Source of the DNA: Hydrurus foetidus
Lineage: Eukaryota
Direction of reading: 5' to 3'
Length of the DNA stretch: 40,529 nt
Assembly: GCA_900617105.1 (NCBI GenBank)
Contig: UYFQ01000783.1
Coordinates: 1-40,529, forward strand
Shown piece by piece: positions 11,001-24,262 of the stretch. The notes beneath the pieces are model-generated. The model was given only the letters and a program-made list of their open reading frames with translations, was not told where the DNA came from and made no database searches. Position numbers and translations under genes: made by a program. Position 1 is the first letter of the stretch. Each line of letters begins with the position of its first letter.

Positions 11001-14000
11001 GTCCTGCCATGTACAGACGCACTGAAGATGGGACCGGGTGTGAGGAGTACGGACCGCTGACATGCAAGCCTGGATACTACGGTCCAAATGGGCCTGGCAG
11101 ATGGCAGTATCCATGCGTGAAGTGTCCAGCAGGCTCGTACCGCTCTACCGAGGGCAGGGACACTGACACATGCAATGGATGTCCTATGGGCGCCACGGTG
11201 AATGCGGACCAGACAGGGTGCATCTACGAGACACCAGCACCGACAGACGCACCAACACCAGAGCCAACACCGGAGCCCACATGGGAACCAACGCACGAAC
11301 CAACACGAGAACCAACTGGTTGTCCTGCCATGTACAGACGCACTGAAGACGGGACAGGTTGCGAGCCGTACGGACCGCTGAAATGCAAGGCTGGATACTT
11401 CGGTCAAGGTCCCGCTGGGCGTTGGAACTATCCGTGCGAGAAGTGTCCCGCAGGCACGTACCGCTCTGCCGAGGACACGGACACTGAGAAATGTGATGAA
11501 TGTCCTATGGGTGCCACAGTGAATGCGGACCAGTCAGGGTGCAACTACCAGACACCAGCGCCGACAGACACACCAACACCGAAGCCAACGTACGAACCTA
11601 CACGAGCACCAGCTGGTTGTCCTGCCATGTACAGACGCACTGAAGATGGGACCGGGTGTGAGGAGTACGGACCGCTGACATGCAAGCCTGGATACTACGG
11701 TCCAAATGGGCCTGGCAGATGGCAGTATCCATGCGTGAAGTGTCCAGCAGGCTCGTACCGCTCTACCGAGGGCAGGGACACTGACACATGCAATGGATGT
11801 CCTATGGGCGCCACGGTGAATGCGGACCAGACAGGGTGCATCTACGAGACACCAGCACCGACAGACGCACCAACACCAGAGCCAACACCGGAGCCCACAT
11901 GGGAACCAACGCACGAACCAACACGAGAACCAACTGGTTGTCCTGCCATGTACAGACGCACTGAAGACGGGACAGGTTGCGAGCCGTACGGACCGCTGAA
12001 ATGCAAGGCTGGATACTTCGGTCAAGGTCCCGCTGGGCGTTGGAACTATCCGTGCGAGAAGTGTCCCGCAGGCACGTACCGCTCTGCCGAGGACACGGAC
12101 ACTGAGAAATGTGATGAATGTCCTATGGGTGCCACAGTGAATGCGGACCAGTCAGGGTGCAACTACCAGACACCAGCGCCGACAGACACACCAACACCGG
12201 AGCCAACGTACGAACCTACACGAGCACCAGCTGGTTGTCCTGCCATGTACAGACGCACTGAAGATGGGACCGGGTGTGAGGAGTACGGACCGCTGACATG
12301 CAAGCCTGGATACTACGGTCCAAATGGGCCTGGCAGATGGCAGTATCCATGCGTGAAGTGTCCAGCAGGCTCGTACCGCTCTACCGAGGGCAGGGACACT
12401 GACACATGCAATGGATGTCCTATGGGCGCCACGGTGAATGCGGACCAGACAGGGTGCATCTACGAGACACCAGCACCGACAGACGCACCAACACCAGAGC
12501 CAACACCGGAGCCCACATGGGAACCAACGCACGAACCAACACGAGAACCAACTGGTTGTCCTGCCATGTACAGACGCACTGAAGACGGGACAGGTTGCGA
12601 GCCGTACGGACCGCTGAAATGCAAGGCTGGATACTTCGGTCAAGGTCCCGCTGGGCGTTGGAACTATCCGTGCGAGAAGTGTCCCGCAGGCACGTACCGC
12701 TCTGCCGAGGACACGGACACTGAGAAATGTGATGAATGTCCTATGGGTGCCACAGTGAATGCGGACCAGTCAGGGTGCAACTACCAGACACCAGCGCCGA
12801 CAGACACACCAACACCGGAGCCAACGTACGAACCTACACGAGCACCAGCTGGTTGTCCTGCCATGTACAGACGCACTGAAGATGGGACCGGGTGTGAGGA
12901 GTACGGACCGCTGACATGCAAGCCTGGATACTACGGTCCAAATGGGCCTGGCAGATGGCAGTATCCATGCGTGAAGTGTCCAGCAGGCTCGTACCGCTCT
13001 ACCGAGGGCAGGGACACTGACACATGCAATGGATGTCCTATGGGCGCCACGGTGAATGCGGACCAGACAGGGTGCATCTACGAGACACCAGCACCGACAG
13101 ACGCACCAACACCAGAGCCAACACCGGAGCCCACATGGGAACCAACGCACGAACCAACACGAGAACCAACTGGTTGTCCTGCCATGTACAGACGCACTGA
13201 AGACGGGACAGGTTGCGAGCCGTACGGACCGCTGAAATGCAAGGCTGGATACTTCGGTCAAGGTCCCGCTGGGCGTTGGAACTATCCGTGCGAGAAGTGT
13301 CCCGCAGGCACGTACCGCTCTGCCGAGGACACGGACACTGAGAAATGTGATGAATGTCCTATGGGTGCCACAGTGAATGCGGACCAGTCAGGGTGCAACT
13401 ACCAGACACCAGCGCCGACAGACACACCAACACCGGAGCCAACGTACGAACCTACACGAGCACCAGCTGGTTGTCCTGCCATGTACAGACGCACTGAAGA
13501 TGGGACCGGGTGTGAGGAGTACGGACCGCTGACATGCAAGCCTGGATACTACGGTCCAAATGGGCCTGGCAGATGGCAGTATCCATGCGTGAAGTGTCCA
13601 GCAGGCTCGTACCGCTCTACCGAGGGCAGGGACACTGACACATGCAATGGATGTCCTATGGGCGCCACGGTGAATGCGGACCAGACAGGGTGCATCTACG
13701 AGACACCAGCACCGACAGACGCACCAACACCAGAGCCAACACCGGAGCCCACATGGGAACCAACGCACGAACCAACACGAGAACCAACTGGTTGTCCTGC
13801 CATGTACAGACGCACTGAAGACGGGACAGGTTGCGAGCCGTACGGACCGCTGAAATGCAAGGCTGGATACTTCGGTCAAGGTCCCGCTGGGCGTTGGAAC
13901 TATCCGTGCGAGAAGTGTCCCGCAGGCACGTACCGCTCTGCCGAGGACACGGACACTGAGAAATGTGATGAATGTCCTATGGGTGCCACAGTGAATGCGG

Positions 14001-17000
14001 ACCAGTCAGGGTGCAACTACCAGACACCAGCGCCGACAGACACACCAACACCGAAGCCAACGTACGAACCTACACGAGCACCAGCTGGTTGTCCTGCCAT
14101 GTACAGACGCACTGAAGATGGGACCGGGTGTGAGGAGTACGGACCGCTGACATGCAAGCCTGGATACTACGGTCCAAATGGGCCTGGCAGATGGCAGTAT
14201 CCATGCGTGAAGTGTCCAGCAGGCTCGTACCGCTCTACCGAGGGCAGGGACACTGACACATGCAATGGATGTCCTATGGGCGCCACGGTGAATGCGGACC
14301 AGACAGGGTGCATCTACGAGACACCAGCACCGACAGACGCACCAACACCAGAGCCAACACCGGAGCCCACATGGGAACCAACGCACGAACCAACACGAGA
14401 ACCAACTGGTTGTCCTGCCATGTACAGACGCACTGAAGACGGGACAGGTTGCGAGCCGTACGGACCGCTGAAATGCAAGGCTGGATACTTCGGTCAAGGT
14501 CCCGCTGGGCGTTGGAACTATCCGTGCGAGAAGTGTCCCGCAGGCACGTACCGCTCTGCCGAGGACACGGACACTGAGAAATGTGATGAATGTCCTATGG
14601 GTGCCACAGTGAATGCGGACCAGTCAGGGTGCAACTACCAGACACCAGCGCCGACAGACACACCAACACCGGAGCCAACGTACGAACCTACACGAGCACC
14701 AGCTGGTTGTCCTGCCATGTACAGACGCACTGAAGATGGGACCGGGTGTGAGGAGTACGGACCGCTGACATGCAAGCCTGGATACTACGGTCCAAATGGG
14801 CCTGGCAGATGGCAGTATCCATGCGTGAAGTGTCCAGCAGGCTCGTACCGCTCTACCGAGGGCAGGGACACTGACACATGCAATGGATGTCCTATGGGCG
14901 CCACGGTGAATGCGGACCAGACAGGGTGCATCTACGAGACACCAGCACCGACAGACGCACCAACACCAGAGCCAACACCGGAGCCCACATGGGAACCAAC
15001 GCACGAACCAACACGAGAACCAACTGGTTGTCCTGCCATGTACAGACGCACTGAAGACGGGACAGGTTGCGAGCCGTACGGACCGCTGAAATGCAAGGCT
15101 GGATACTTCGGTCAAGGTCCCGCTGGGCGTTGGAACTATCCGTGCGAGAAGTGTCCCGCAGGCACGTACCGCTCTGCCGAGGACACGGACACTGAGAAAT
15201 GTGATGAATGTCCTATGGGTGCCACAGTGAATGCGGACCAGTCAGGGTGCAACTACCAGACACCAGCGCCGACAGACACACCAACACCGAAGCCAACGTA
15301 CGAACCTACACGAGCACCAGCTGGTTGTCCTGCCATGTACAGACGCACTGAAGATGGGACCGGGTGTGAGGAGTACGGACCGCTGACATGCAAGCCTGGA
15401 TACTACGGTCCAAATGGGCCTGGCAGATGGCAGTATCCATGCGTGAAGTGTCCAGCAGGCTCGTACCGCTCTACCGAGGGCAGGGACACTGACACATGCA
15501 ATGGATGTCCTATGGGCGCCACGGTGAATGCGGACCAGACAGGGTGCATCTACGAGACACCAGCACCGACAGACGCACCAACACCAGAGCCAACACCGGA
15601 GCCCACATGGGAACCAACGCACGAACCAACACGAGAACCAACTGGTTGTCCTGCCATGTACAGACGCACTGAAGACGGGACAGGTTGCGAGCCGTACGGA
15701 CCGCTGAAATGCAAGGCTGGATACTTCGGTCAAGGTCCCGCTGGGCGTTGGAACTATCCGTGCGAGAAGTGTCCCGCAGGCACGTACCGCTCTGCCGAGG
15801 ACACGGACACTGAGAAATGTGATGAATGTCCTATGGGTGCCACAGTGAATGCGGACCAGTCAGGGTGCAACTACCAGACACCAGCGCCGACAGACACACC
15901 AACACCGAAGCCAACGTACGAACCTACACGAGCACCAGCTGGTTGTCCTGCCATGTACAGACGCACTGAAGATGGGACCGGGTGTGAGGAGTACGGACCG
16001 CTGACATGCAAGCCTGGATACTACGGTCCAAATGGGCCTGGCAGATGGCAGTATCCATGCGTGAAGTGTCCAGCAGGCTCGTACCGCTCTACCGAGGGCA
16101 GGGACACTGACACATGCAATGGATGTCCTATGGGCGCCACGGTGAATGCGGACCAGACAGGGTGCATCTACGAGACACCAGCACCGACAGACGCACCAAC
16201 ACCAGAGCCAACACCGGAGCCCACATGGGAACCAACGCACGAACCAACACGAGAACCAACTGGTTGTCCTGCCATGTACAGACGCACTGAAGACGGGACA
16301 GGTTGCGAGCCGTACGGACCGCTGAAATGCAAGGCTGGATACTTCGGTCAAGGTCCCGCTGGGCGTTGGAACTATCCGTGCGAGAAGTGTCCCGCAGGCA
16401 CGTACCGCTCTGCCGAGGACACGGACACTGAGAAATGTGATGAATGTCCTATGGGTGCCACAGTGAATGCGGACCAGTCAGGGTGCAACTACCAGACACC
16501 AGCGCCGACAGACGCACCAACACCGAAGCCAACGTACGAACCTACACGAGCACCAGCTGGTTGTCCTGCCATGTACAGACGCACTGAAGATGGGACCGGG
16601 TGTGAGGAGTACGGACCGCTGACATGCAAGCCTGGATACTACGGTCCAAATGGGCCTGGCAGATGGCAGTATCCATGCGTGAAGTGTCCAGCAGGCTCGT
16701 ACCGCTCTACCGAGGGCAGGGACACTGACACATGCAATGGATGTCCTATGGGCGCCACGGTGAATGCGGACCAGACAGGGTGCATCTACGAGACACCAGC
16801 ACCGACAGACGCACCAACACCAGAGCCAACACCGGAGCCCACATGGGAACCAACGCACGAACCAACACGAGAACCAACTGGTTGTCCTGCCATGTACAGA
16901 CGCACTGAAGACGGGACAGGTTGCGAGCCGTACGGACCGCTGAAATGCAAGGCTGGATACTTCGGTCAAGGTCCCGCTGGGCGTTGGAACTATCCGTGCG

Positions 17001-20000
17001 AGAAGTGTCCCGCAGGCACGTACCGCTCTGCCGAGGACACGGACACTGAGAAATGTGATGAATGTCCTATGGGTGCCACAGTGAATGCGGACCAGTCAGG
17101 GTGCATCTACCAGACACCAGCGCCGACAGACGCACCAACACCGAAGCCAACGTACGAACCTACACGAGCACCAGCTGGTTGTCCTGCCATGTACAGACGC
17201 ACTGAAGATGGGACCGGGTGTGAGGAGTACGGACCGCTGACATGCAAGCCTGGATACTACGGTCCAAATGGGCCTGGCAGATGGCAGTATCCATGCGTGA
17301 AGTGTCCAGCAGGCTCGTACCGCTCTACCGAGGGCAGGGACACTGACACATGCAATGGATGTCCTATGGGCGCCACGGTGAATGCGGACCAGACAGGGTG
17401 CATCTACGAGACACCAGCACCGACAGACGCACCAACACCAGAGCCAACACCGGAGCCCACATGGGAACCAACGCACGAACCAACACGAGAACCAACTGGT
17501 TGTCCTGCCATGTACAGACGCACTGAAGACGGGACAGGTTGCGAGCCGTACGGACCGCTGAAATGCAAGGCTGGATACTTCGGTCAAGGTCCCGCTGGGC
17601 GTTGGAACTATCCGTGCGAGAAGTGTCCCGCAGGCACGTACCGCTCTGCCGAGGACACGGACACTGAGAAATGTGATGAATGTCCTATGGGTGCCACAGT
17701 GAATGCGGACCAGTCAGGGTGCATCTACCAGACACCAGCGCCGACAGACGCACCAACACCGAAGCCAACGTACGAACCTACACGAGCACCAGCTGGTTGT
17801 CCTGCCATGTACAGACGCACTGAAGATGGGACCGGGTGTGAGGAGTACGGACCGCTGACATGCAAGCCTGGATACTACGGTCCAAATGGGCCTGGCAGAT
17901 GGCAGTATCCATGCGTGAAGTGTCCAGCAGGCTCGTACCGCTCTACCGAGGGCAGGGACACTGACACATGCAATGGATGTCCTATGGGCGCCACGGTGAA
18001 TGCGGACCAGACAGGGTGCATCTACGAGACACCAGCACCGACAGACGCACCAACACCAGAGCCAACACCGGAGCCCACATGGGAACCAACGCACGAACCA
18101 ACACGAGAACCAACTGGTTGTCCTGCCATGTACAGACGCACTGAAGACGGGACAGGTTGCGAGCCGTACGGACCGCTGAAATGCAAGGCTGGATACTTCG
18201 GTCAAGGTCCCGCTGGGCGTTGGAACTATCCGTGCGAGAAGTGTCCCGCAGGCACGTACCGCTCTGCCGAGGACACGGACACTGAGAAATGTGATGAATG
18301 TCCTATGGGTGCCACAGTGAATGCGGACCAGTCAGGGTGCATCTACCAGACACCAGCGCCGACAGACACACCAACACCGGAGCCAACGTACGAACCTACA
18401 CGAGCACCAGCTGGTTGTCCTGCCATGTACAGACGCACTGAAGATGGGACCGGGTGTGAGGAGTACGGACCGCTGACATGCAAGCCTGGATACTACGGTC
18501 CAAATGGGCCTGGCAGATGGCAGTATCCATGCGTGAAGTGTCCAGCAGGCTCGTACCGCTCTACCGAGGGCAGGGACACTGACACATGCAATGGATGTCC
18601 TATGGGCGCCACGGTGAATGCGGACCAGACAGGGTGCATCTACGAGACACCAGCACCGACAGACGCACCAACACCAGAGCCAACACCGGAGCCCACATGG
18701 GAACCAACGCACGAACCAACACGAGAACCAACTGGTTGTCCTGCCATGTACAGACGCACTGAAGACGGGACAGGTTGCGAGCCGTACGGACCGCTGAAAT
18801 GCAAGGCTGGATACTTCGGTCAAGGTCCCGCTGGGCGTTGGAACTATCCGTGCGAGAAGTGTCCCGCAGGCACGTACCGCTCTGCCGAGGACACGGACAC
18901 TGAGAAATGTGATGAATGTCCTATGGGTGCCACAGTGAATGCGGACCAGTCAGGGTGCATCTACCAGACACCAGCGCCGACAGACGCACCAACACCGAAG
19001 CCCACATGGGAACCTACACGAGCACCAGCTGGTTGTCCTGCCATGTACAGACGCACTGAAGATGGGACAGGTTGTGAGGAGTACGGACCGCTGAAATGCA
19101 AGGCTGGATACTACGGTCCAAGGTGGGCCGGGCAGTTGGAACTATCCGTGCGTGAAGTGTCCCGCAGGCACGTACCGCTCTGCCGAGGACACGGACACTG
19201 AGAAATGTGATGAATGTCCTATGGGTGCCACAGTGAATGCGGACCAGTCAGGGTGCAACTACCAGACACCAGCGCCGACAGACACACCAACACCGGAGCC
19301 AACGCACGAACCAACACGAGAACCAACTGGTTGTCCTGCCATGTACAGACGCACTGAAGACGGGACAGGTTGCGAGCCGTACGGACCGCTGAAATGCAAG
19401 GCTGGATACTTCGGTCAAATGGGCCTGGGCGTTGGAACTATCCGTGCGTGAAGTGTCCAGCAGGCTCGTACCGCTCTGCCGAGGACACGGACACTGACAC
19501 ATGCAATGGATGTCCTATGGGCGCCACGGTGAATGCGGACCAGACAGGGTGCATCTACGAGACACCAGCACCGACAGACGCACCAACACCAGAGCCAACA
19601 CCGGAGCCCACATGGGAACCAACGCACGAACCAACACGAGAACCAACTGGTTGTCCTGCCATGTACAGACGTCACTGAAGAGCGGGACAGGCTTGCGAGG
19701 AGTACGGACCGCTGAAATGCAAGGCTGGATACTACGGTCAAGGTAGGCTGGGCTTGGAACTATCCGTGCGAGAAGTGTCCCGCAGGCACGTACCGCTCTG
19801 CCGAGGACACGGACACTGAGAAATGTGATGAATGTCCTATGGGTGCCACAGTGAATGCGGACCAGTCAGGGTGCATCAACCAGACACCAGCGCCGACAGA
19901 CGCACCAACACCGAAGCCCACATGGGAACCTACACGAGCACCAGCTAGTTGTCCTGCCATGTACAGACGCACTGAAGACGGGACAGGTTGCGAGCCGTAC

Positions 20001-20813
20001 GGACCGCTGAAATGCAAGGCTGGATACTTCGGTCAAGGTCCCGCTGGGCGTTGGAACTATCCGTGCGAGAAGTGTCCCGCAGGCACGTACCGCTCTGCCG
20101 AGGACACGGACACTGAGAAATGTGATGAATGTCCTATGGGTGCCACAGTGAATGCGGACCAGTCAGGGTGCAGCTACCAGACACCAGCGCCGACAGACAC
20201 ACCAATACCGGAGCCAACGTACGAACCTACACGAGCACCAGCTGGTTGTCCTGCCATGTACAGACGCACTGAAGATGGGACCGGGTGTGAGGAGTACGGA
20301 CCGCTGACATGCAAGCCTGGATACTACGGTCCAAATGGGCCTGGCAGATGGCAGTATCCATGCGTGAAGTGTCCAGCAGGCTCGTACCGCTCTACCGAGG
20401 GCAGGGACACTGACACATGCAATGGATGTCCTATGGGCGCCACGGTGAATGCGGACCAGACAGGGTGCATCTACGAGACACCAGCACCGACAGACGCACC
20501 AACACCGGAGCCAACGTACGAACCTACACGAGCACCAGCTGGTTGTCCTGCCATGTACAGACGCACTGAAGATGGGACCGGGTGTGAGGAGTACGGACCG
20601 CTGACATGCAAGCCTGGATACTACGGTCCAAATGGGCCTGGCAGATGGCAGTATCCATGCGAGAAGTGTCCAGCAGGCTTGTACCGCTCTGCCGAGGACA
20701 ACACTGAGACATGTGATGGATGTCCTATGGGCGCCACGGTGAATGCATGGAGCACACGGTGCTTGACACATGTTGCTATCTATACTTTCTCGCGATTGCC
20801 AATACTTCGATAA
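8043..20813 (+). CDS. Giant secreted cysteine-rich (TNFR/ephrin-receptor-like CxxCPxG repeats) and Pro/Thr-linker surface or structural protein, ~4200 aa; apparent frameshifts at ~19100-19760
   Basis: ATG 8043 plus intron 8083-8171 gives the signal peptide MRMKGIAYLAASVAAIFCLAGA-EDV. 3691-codon open frame. N-terminal CxxCPxGxYS repeats, then a tandem array. Repeat frames resume at 19152, 19370 and 19839, with a stop at 20813. Confidence 0.85.
8083..8171 (+). other. Spliceosomal intron 1 (89 nt, phase 1)
   Basis: GTAAAC...TTCTTAG, T-rich, with a ctgac branch-like site. Splicing joins G+CG in frame and creates a clean hydrophobic signal peptide. Confidence 0.75.
8292..8363 (+). other. Probable in-frame intron 2 (72 nt)
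   Basis: GTGAGC...ACGATAG, AT-rich, with a pyrimidine run (catttattcctttccttg). Length is divisible by 3 with no stop, so it is hidden in the ORF. Spliced read is EYV-EIEGTITC. Confidence 0.5.
9500..20747 (+). repeat. Coding tandem array: 618-bp (206-aa) higher-order unit made of subunit A (297 bp) and subunit B (321 bp), about 18 units
   Basis: Identical antisense ORFs recur every 618 bp (9680, 10298 ... 18332). ggaccgctg recurs at 10136, 10433 and 10754. Each subunit has 8 Cys plus a PT(x)E linker; B carries two extra 4-aa linker units. Confidence 0.97.
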
Positions 20814-21337
20814 CTTAGATACACTTGATCCCCTAGTCGCTCCATACACATTGCCCTACTTGCGACTAACCAGACATAGATAGTTTCTATTTAAAACCTA
20901 GCAGCACCTGCGCCCATACTCCCACCTCAATTGAATCCGCGTCACCTTTATGACCAGCGGTAACTCTACGGACCTACACATACATGAAACATCCAACTCC
21001 TTGCGCTTTTAGAAACGAAATCGTCAAATATGGCAGCGCAACTTATGGAGTACAGTAAAAAAACACTTTGAGGGACATTTTTATTTCCCTATTACATAAA
21101 TAAATCATATAAGAAGATTCAATTTGTTTCCGATGTCACCAATTTTTTGATAGAGAAGTCGCTTGCAGAAACACAGATCTATTTAAAAGGACGAGATCAG
21201 TGAAAAGAAACGATTGTGAAAGTAAATACGTAAGGCATTTACCGCACATGACTGGCCCCAATTGATCCTAGGATGGACCGGACGGAAGCACTATTATTTC
21301 CCCCTACCCCAAACAAACTAATATGAAAAATAATCAT

Positions 21338-21403
21338 TTGACCCAAAGTCCACTAAACAAAAGTTTCGTGTTGATCCAAAGTCCCCCATATAAACGTTTC
21401 GTG
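21338..21403. repeat. Two-copy 33-bp imperfect tandem repeat
   Basis: ttgacccaaagtccactaaacaaaagtttcgtg / ttgatccaaagtcccccatataaacgtttcgtg. Confidence 0.7.
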
Positions 21404-22133
21404 ATCTCATGGCATCGTAAAATTGCCCGAGGAGATATTCTTGAGGCATTTAATAACTTTTGTAATACAACGAGTTCATCGACCCCACTTCATACCTATG
21501 ATCATAGTACATACACATAGCGATTTCATATGGTATCTGATAGTATTCCAACATTTTGCTATATTCTAATGGTGTTTTTGTCAAATACTGCTGTACTTCA
21601 CTGCAGTTGTTTTGAATCGGTATTATCATTTCGCACTCATCGAATCATCCCATAGCACATCATTCATGCGGTAGATCACACAAAATGGAGCCAAAAACAG
21701 CTATTAGTTGCAGTAATACGATTTTTATAGTATATTTCACTCTTACTTCCATTAACTCCACCTACACTGATATACTCACTGTATTATGGCTTTATAAAGT
21801 TAACAACTTTTGTAGTACAGAGAGATCTTCTCAACAATCTACCAAATGTTTCCTTGAGAATCCAGGGATCATCTGGGAGAAAGCAGGGGTCATTGCGGGG
21901 AAAGTGGGGACCATCGCGGGGTAACCCCAGGACCAGCGAAAAAAAAATCCGTGAAAAATAACAATTTTTTTAAAAACGAGTTTTTTTTAAAACAGTGATT
22001 TTGACAAATATCACTTTCATATCGCCGGCGAAACGAAGATGACGGACAACACGACATAGATATTTCTTTCCATACCTCCGGTACTATACTGTAAAGACTC
22101 TTTATGGGGTATGGACCCCCACTCAGATTTTCA

Positions 22134-23085
22134 TTTTTTCGTACCTCACCTCCAGGTACGAAAAAGATTTCCTTTTCGTACCTGGGTACGAAAAAGCTCC
22201 TTTTCGTACCGCTGTGAGGAACAGGCTACAGAAACTGCGGCTCCAACCCTTTATGTACACGCATACGCTATATACGCTACGCCACGTGCGGGCCATAATA
22301 TTAAACGATATATGAAGCGAAATGCTACGGGACTAGGCGGCATGAGGACAGCAAGAATCTCTCATCTGACACGGCTGGGAAGCAGGGGATCGACAGATTT
22401 TTGGCGGCGCGGCTCGATTTTGTAAATTGGATGACCGGTGGATTTCGCGATCTGCAACCGGAGATCTCCCCTGAAATGCTGGACGCGCCGCGCCGTCGGG
22501 GATCTCCAATTTGGGGCTACCCTTTGACAGGACCGCGACGATCTGAAATTACTTTGTTGAACATGCTTTTTTGCTTACTTACATCGTAGCTCACGTCAAT
22601 CAACTACCTAGCAAAAAACTGAAATCGATCTTATCGAGCTGCCACCGTCGGCGGTTAATAGTAACTAGTACTTCCTAACCCGTGCCTTGAATTACGCCAG
22701 CAGCTAATTTGTTCACTATTTGTGTAATGTATTGAGAAGAGATATTTACGCCATCAACCGTTTATCTTCGAAGCTGCACCAAAACTTCGGCAACGCTAAA
22801 AAATTGTCCTCGGTATCATGGTGCGAGTAGAGAAAACTGCTTGAACAAATAATGCTTCGACGAATTTCGTTGTGCAAAAAAGGTAATCGGCATGGAAAGT
22901 AACGTTCGTGCTCTCGCCAGTAACTTCGGCAGATTTTTTCGTCCCTCGGAAGCTTATTTCGTACCTATGAAACACCCTCGCGTCGCGCTCCGCGCGCCCC
23001 TCGTGCGTTTCATGGGTACGAAAAACGCTTCCTCGGTACGAAAAAATCGCCTCGTTTACGGTCTCGGTACGAAATTACCATTATA
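22134..23085. mobile_element. Non-coding element with TTTCGTACC/GGTACGAAA hairpins, possibly a non-autonomous Crypton-like DNA transposon
   Basis: Hairpins at 22135-22165 and 22173-22194, and a ~120-nt imperfect inverted repeat at 22928-23051 with ctc/ctc internal mismatches. Ends ggtacgaaattaccattata. The family assignment is recalled resemblance only. Confidence 0.4.
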
Positions 23086-23121
23086 AGCCGTGGAACCAGG
23101 CTTGTGTAATTAGTTAATGTA

Positions 23122-23375
23122 GGTCACATTTGAGTGTCACTTAATCACATCTAAGTGTGAACATTAAATGAATGTTCATGATTTGGATGACATGACGCTT
23201 AACATTTAAGTGCACTCAAATGTAACGAATAAGTGTTTTCAAATAACATTTAAATGCAACATTTAAGTGCACTTAAGTGTCATCAGTAAGTGCACTTAAA
23301 TGTAATAAATAAGTGTCTTCGGGATGACAATTAAGTGTAACACTTAAATGTGACACTTAAACGCACTCAAGTGTG
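23122..23375. repeat. hAT left subterminal repeats (CA[C/T]TTAA[G/A]TG)
   Basis: Many near-palindromic cacttaagtg, catttaaatg and cacttaaatg copies. Confidence 0.85.
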
Positions 23376-23444
23376 GGTGGATCACTCATATCCCTTCTCT
23401 CGAATGGCCTATCTCGTGATATGTAATCGCATTACAGCCCTAAG

Positions 23445-24262
23445 ATGTCGTTCGGGAAGGAAATAGCGTTGTTCTTCTTTACGAAAAGCCCTGATATTCA
23501 GCACGGCGCAAAGATTAAGAACCATTTTTCTTGCAAGTGTGAAGCACTTACCAACAGATTATGCTCGAGTCCGAACAGATTATTCTCGATCATCTGTGCC
23601 AACGGATATTCCAACTTGAAGACCCACCTGCTTACGTGTATTCCGAATTATCAGACCATCTACGATGATCGAAATATTGTTGTTGCAGACATGCGTAATT
23701 TTGTCAACGTCGACAAGAAGACCAACAATATCTTCAAAAGGTGCGAGTTGGTTGTGTCAGAGAATCTCTGCTTCTCCTACGTTGAGAAAAAACGGATCCG
23801 TGAGAATTCTTACAGGGAGCCAATCAGTCGGTGCACACTGATGAAATACCTTGAAAGCCTGGGTTTTGAAGTCCAGCAAGTGTTGGCCAATCTCCTCCCT
23901 GAAAAGTTTGGTTTGATCTTTGATGGGTGGGATGATGGGTCATCGAACATTTATTTCGGAGTCTTCGTCATATGGTGGGACCAGAAGCATTCTGCAAATC
24001 GAGTCTACCTGCTGCGTCTCTGCCCTCTTATTCGGGCGGCTGATTTTGGGGCCGCAAGCCATCTCGAGTCCATCGAACAATTTCTACGTGATGTCGGGAA
24101 AACCATTGAAAACGTTGCCTGTTTCATGGGCGACAACTGTCGCACGAATATAGCTTTCGCCAACAGAGCCGAGAAGCCTTTTATTGGGTGTCATCCTTTT
24201 ATTGGTGAATTTCAACTTATCCTGTCGTCCACAGGTCAATTCTTTCATGATCTTGTTGATGA
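23445..24262 (+). pseudogene. hAT transposase, N-terminal part
   Basis: BED-finger-like CKC...GYSNLKTHL; catalytic D motifs FGLIFDGWDD and FMGDNCRTN; PFIGC with the CxxH region damaged. Cut by the Gypsy LTR at 24263. Confidence 0.85.

Noticed and set aside
9680..18823. Fifteen 163-aa Cys/Trp-rich antisense ORFs
   Set aside because: Shadow frames of the repeated sense ORF. They recur only because the DNA repeats.
19095..19760. Programmed frameshifting or true pseudogenisation in the giant gene
   Set aside because: The indels cluster in A/B chimeric units (for example ccaaggtgggccgggcagttgg), the pattern expected from a poor consensus in a collapsed repeat. Likely an assembly artefact, but unverified.
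9500..20747. CRISPR array, or a diversity-generating retroelement target (many variant sites involve A and RT genes are nearby)
   Set aside because: No unique spacers or cas genes. The RTs are LTR-type with integrase. Variant alleles mostly copy the B subunit and some are C>T, so conversion explains them better than A-directed mutagenesis.
21323..23086. Short ORFs of 62-104 aa as genes
   Set aside because: No recognisable motifs. They overlap hairpin and repeat DNA and have non-coding composition.
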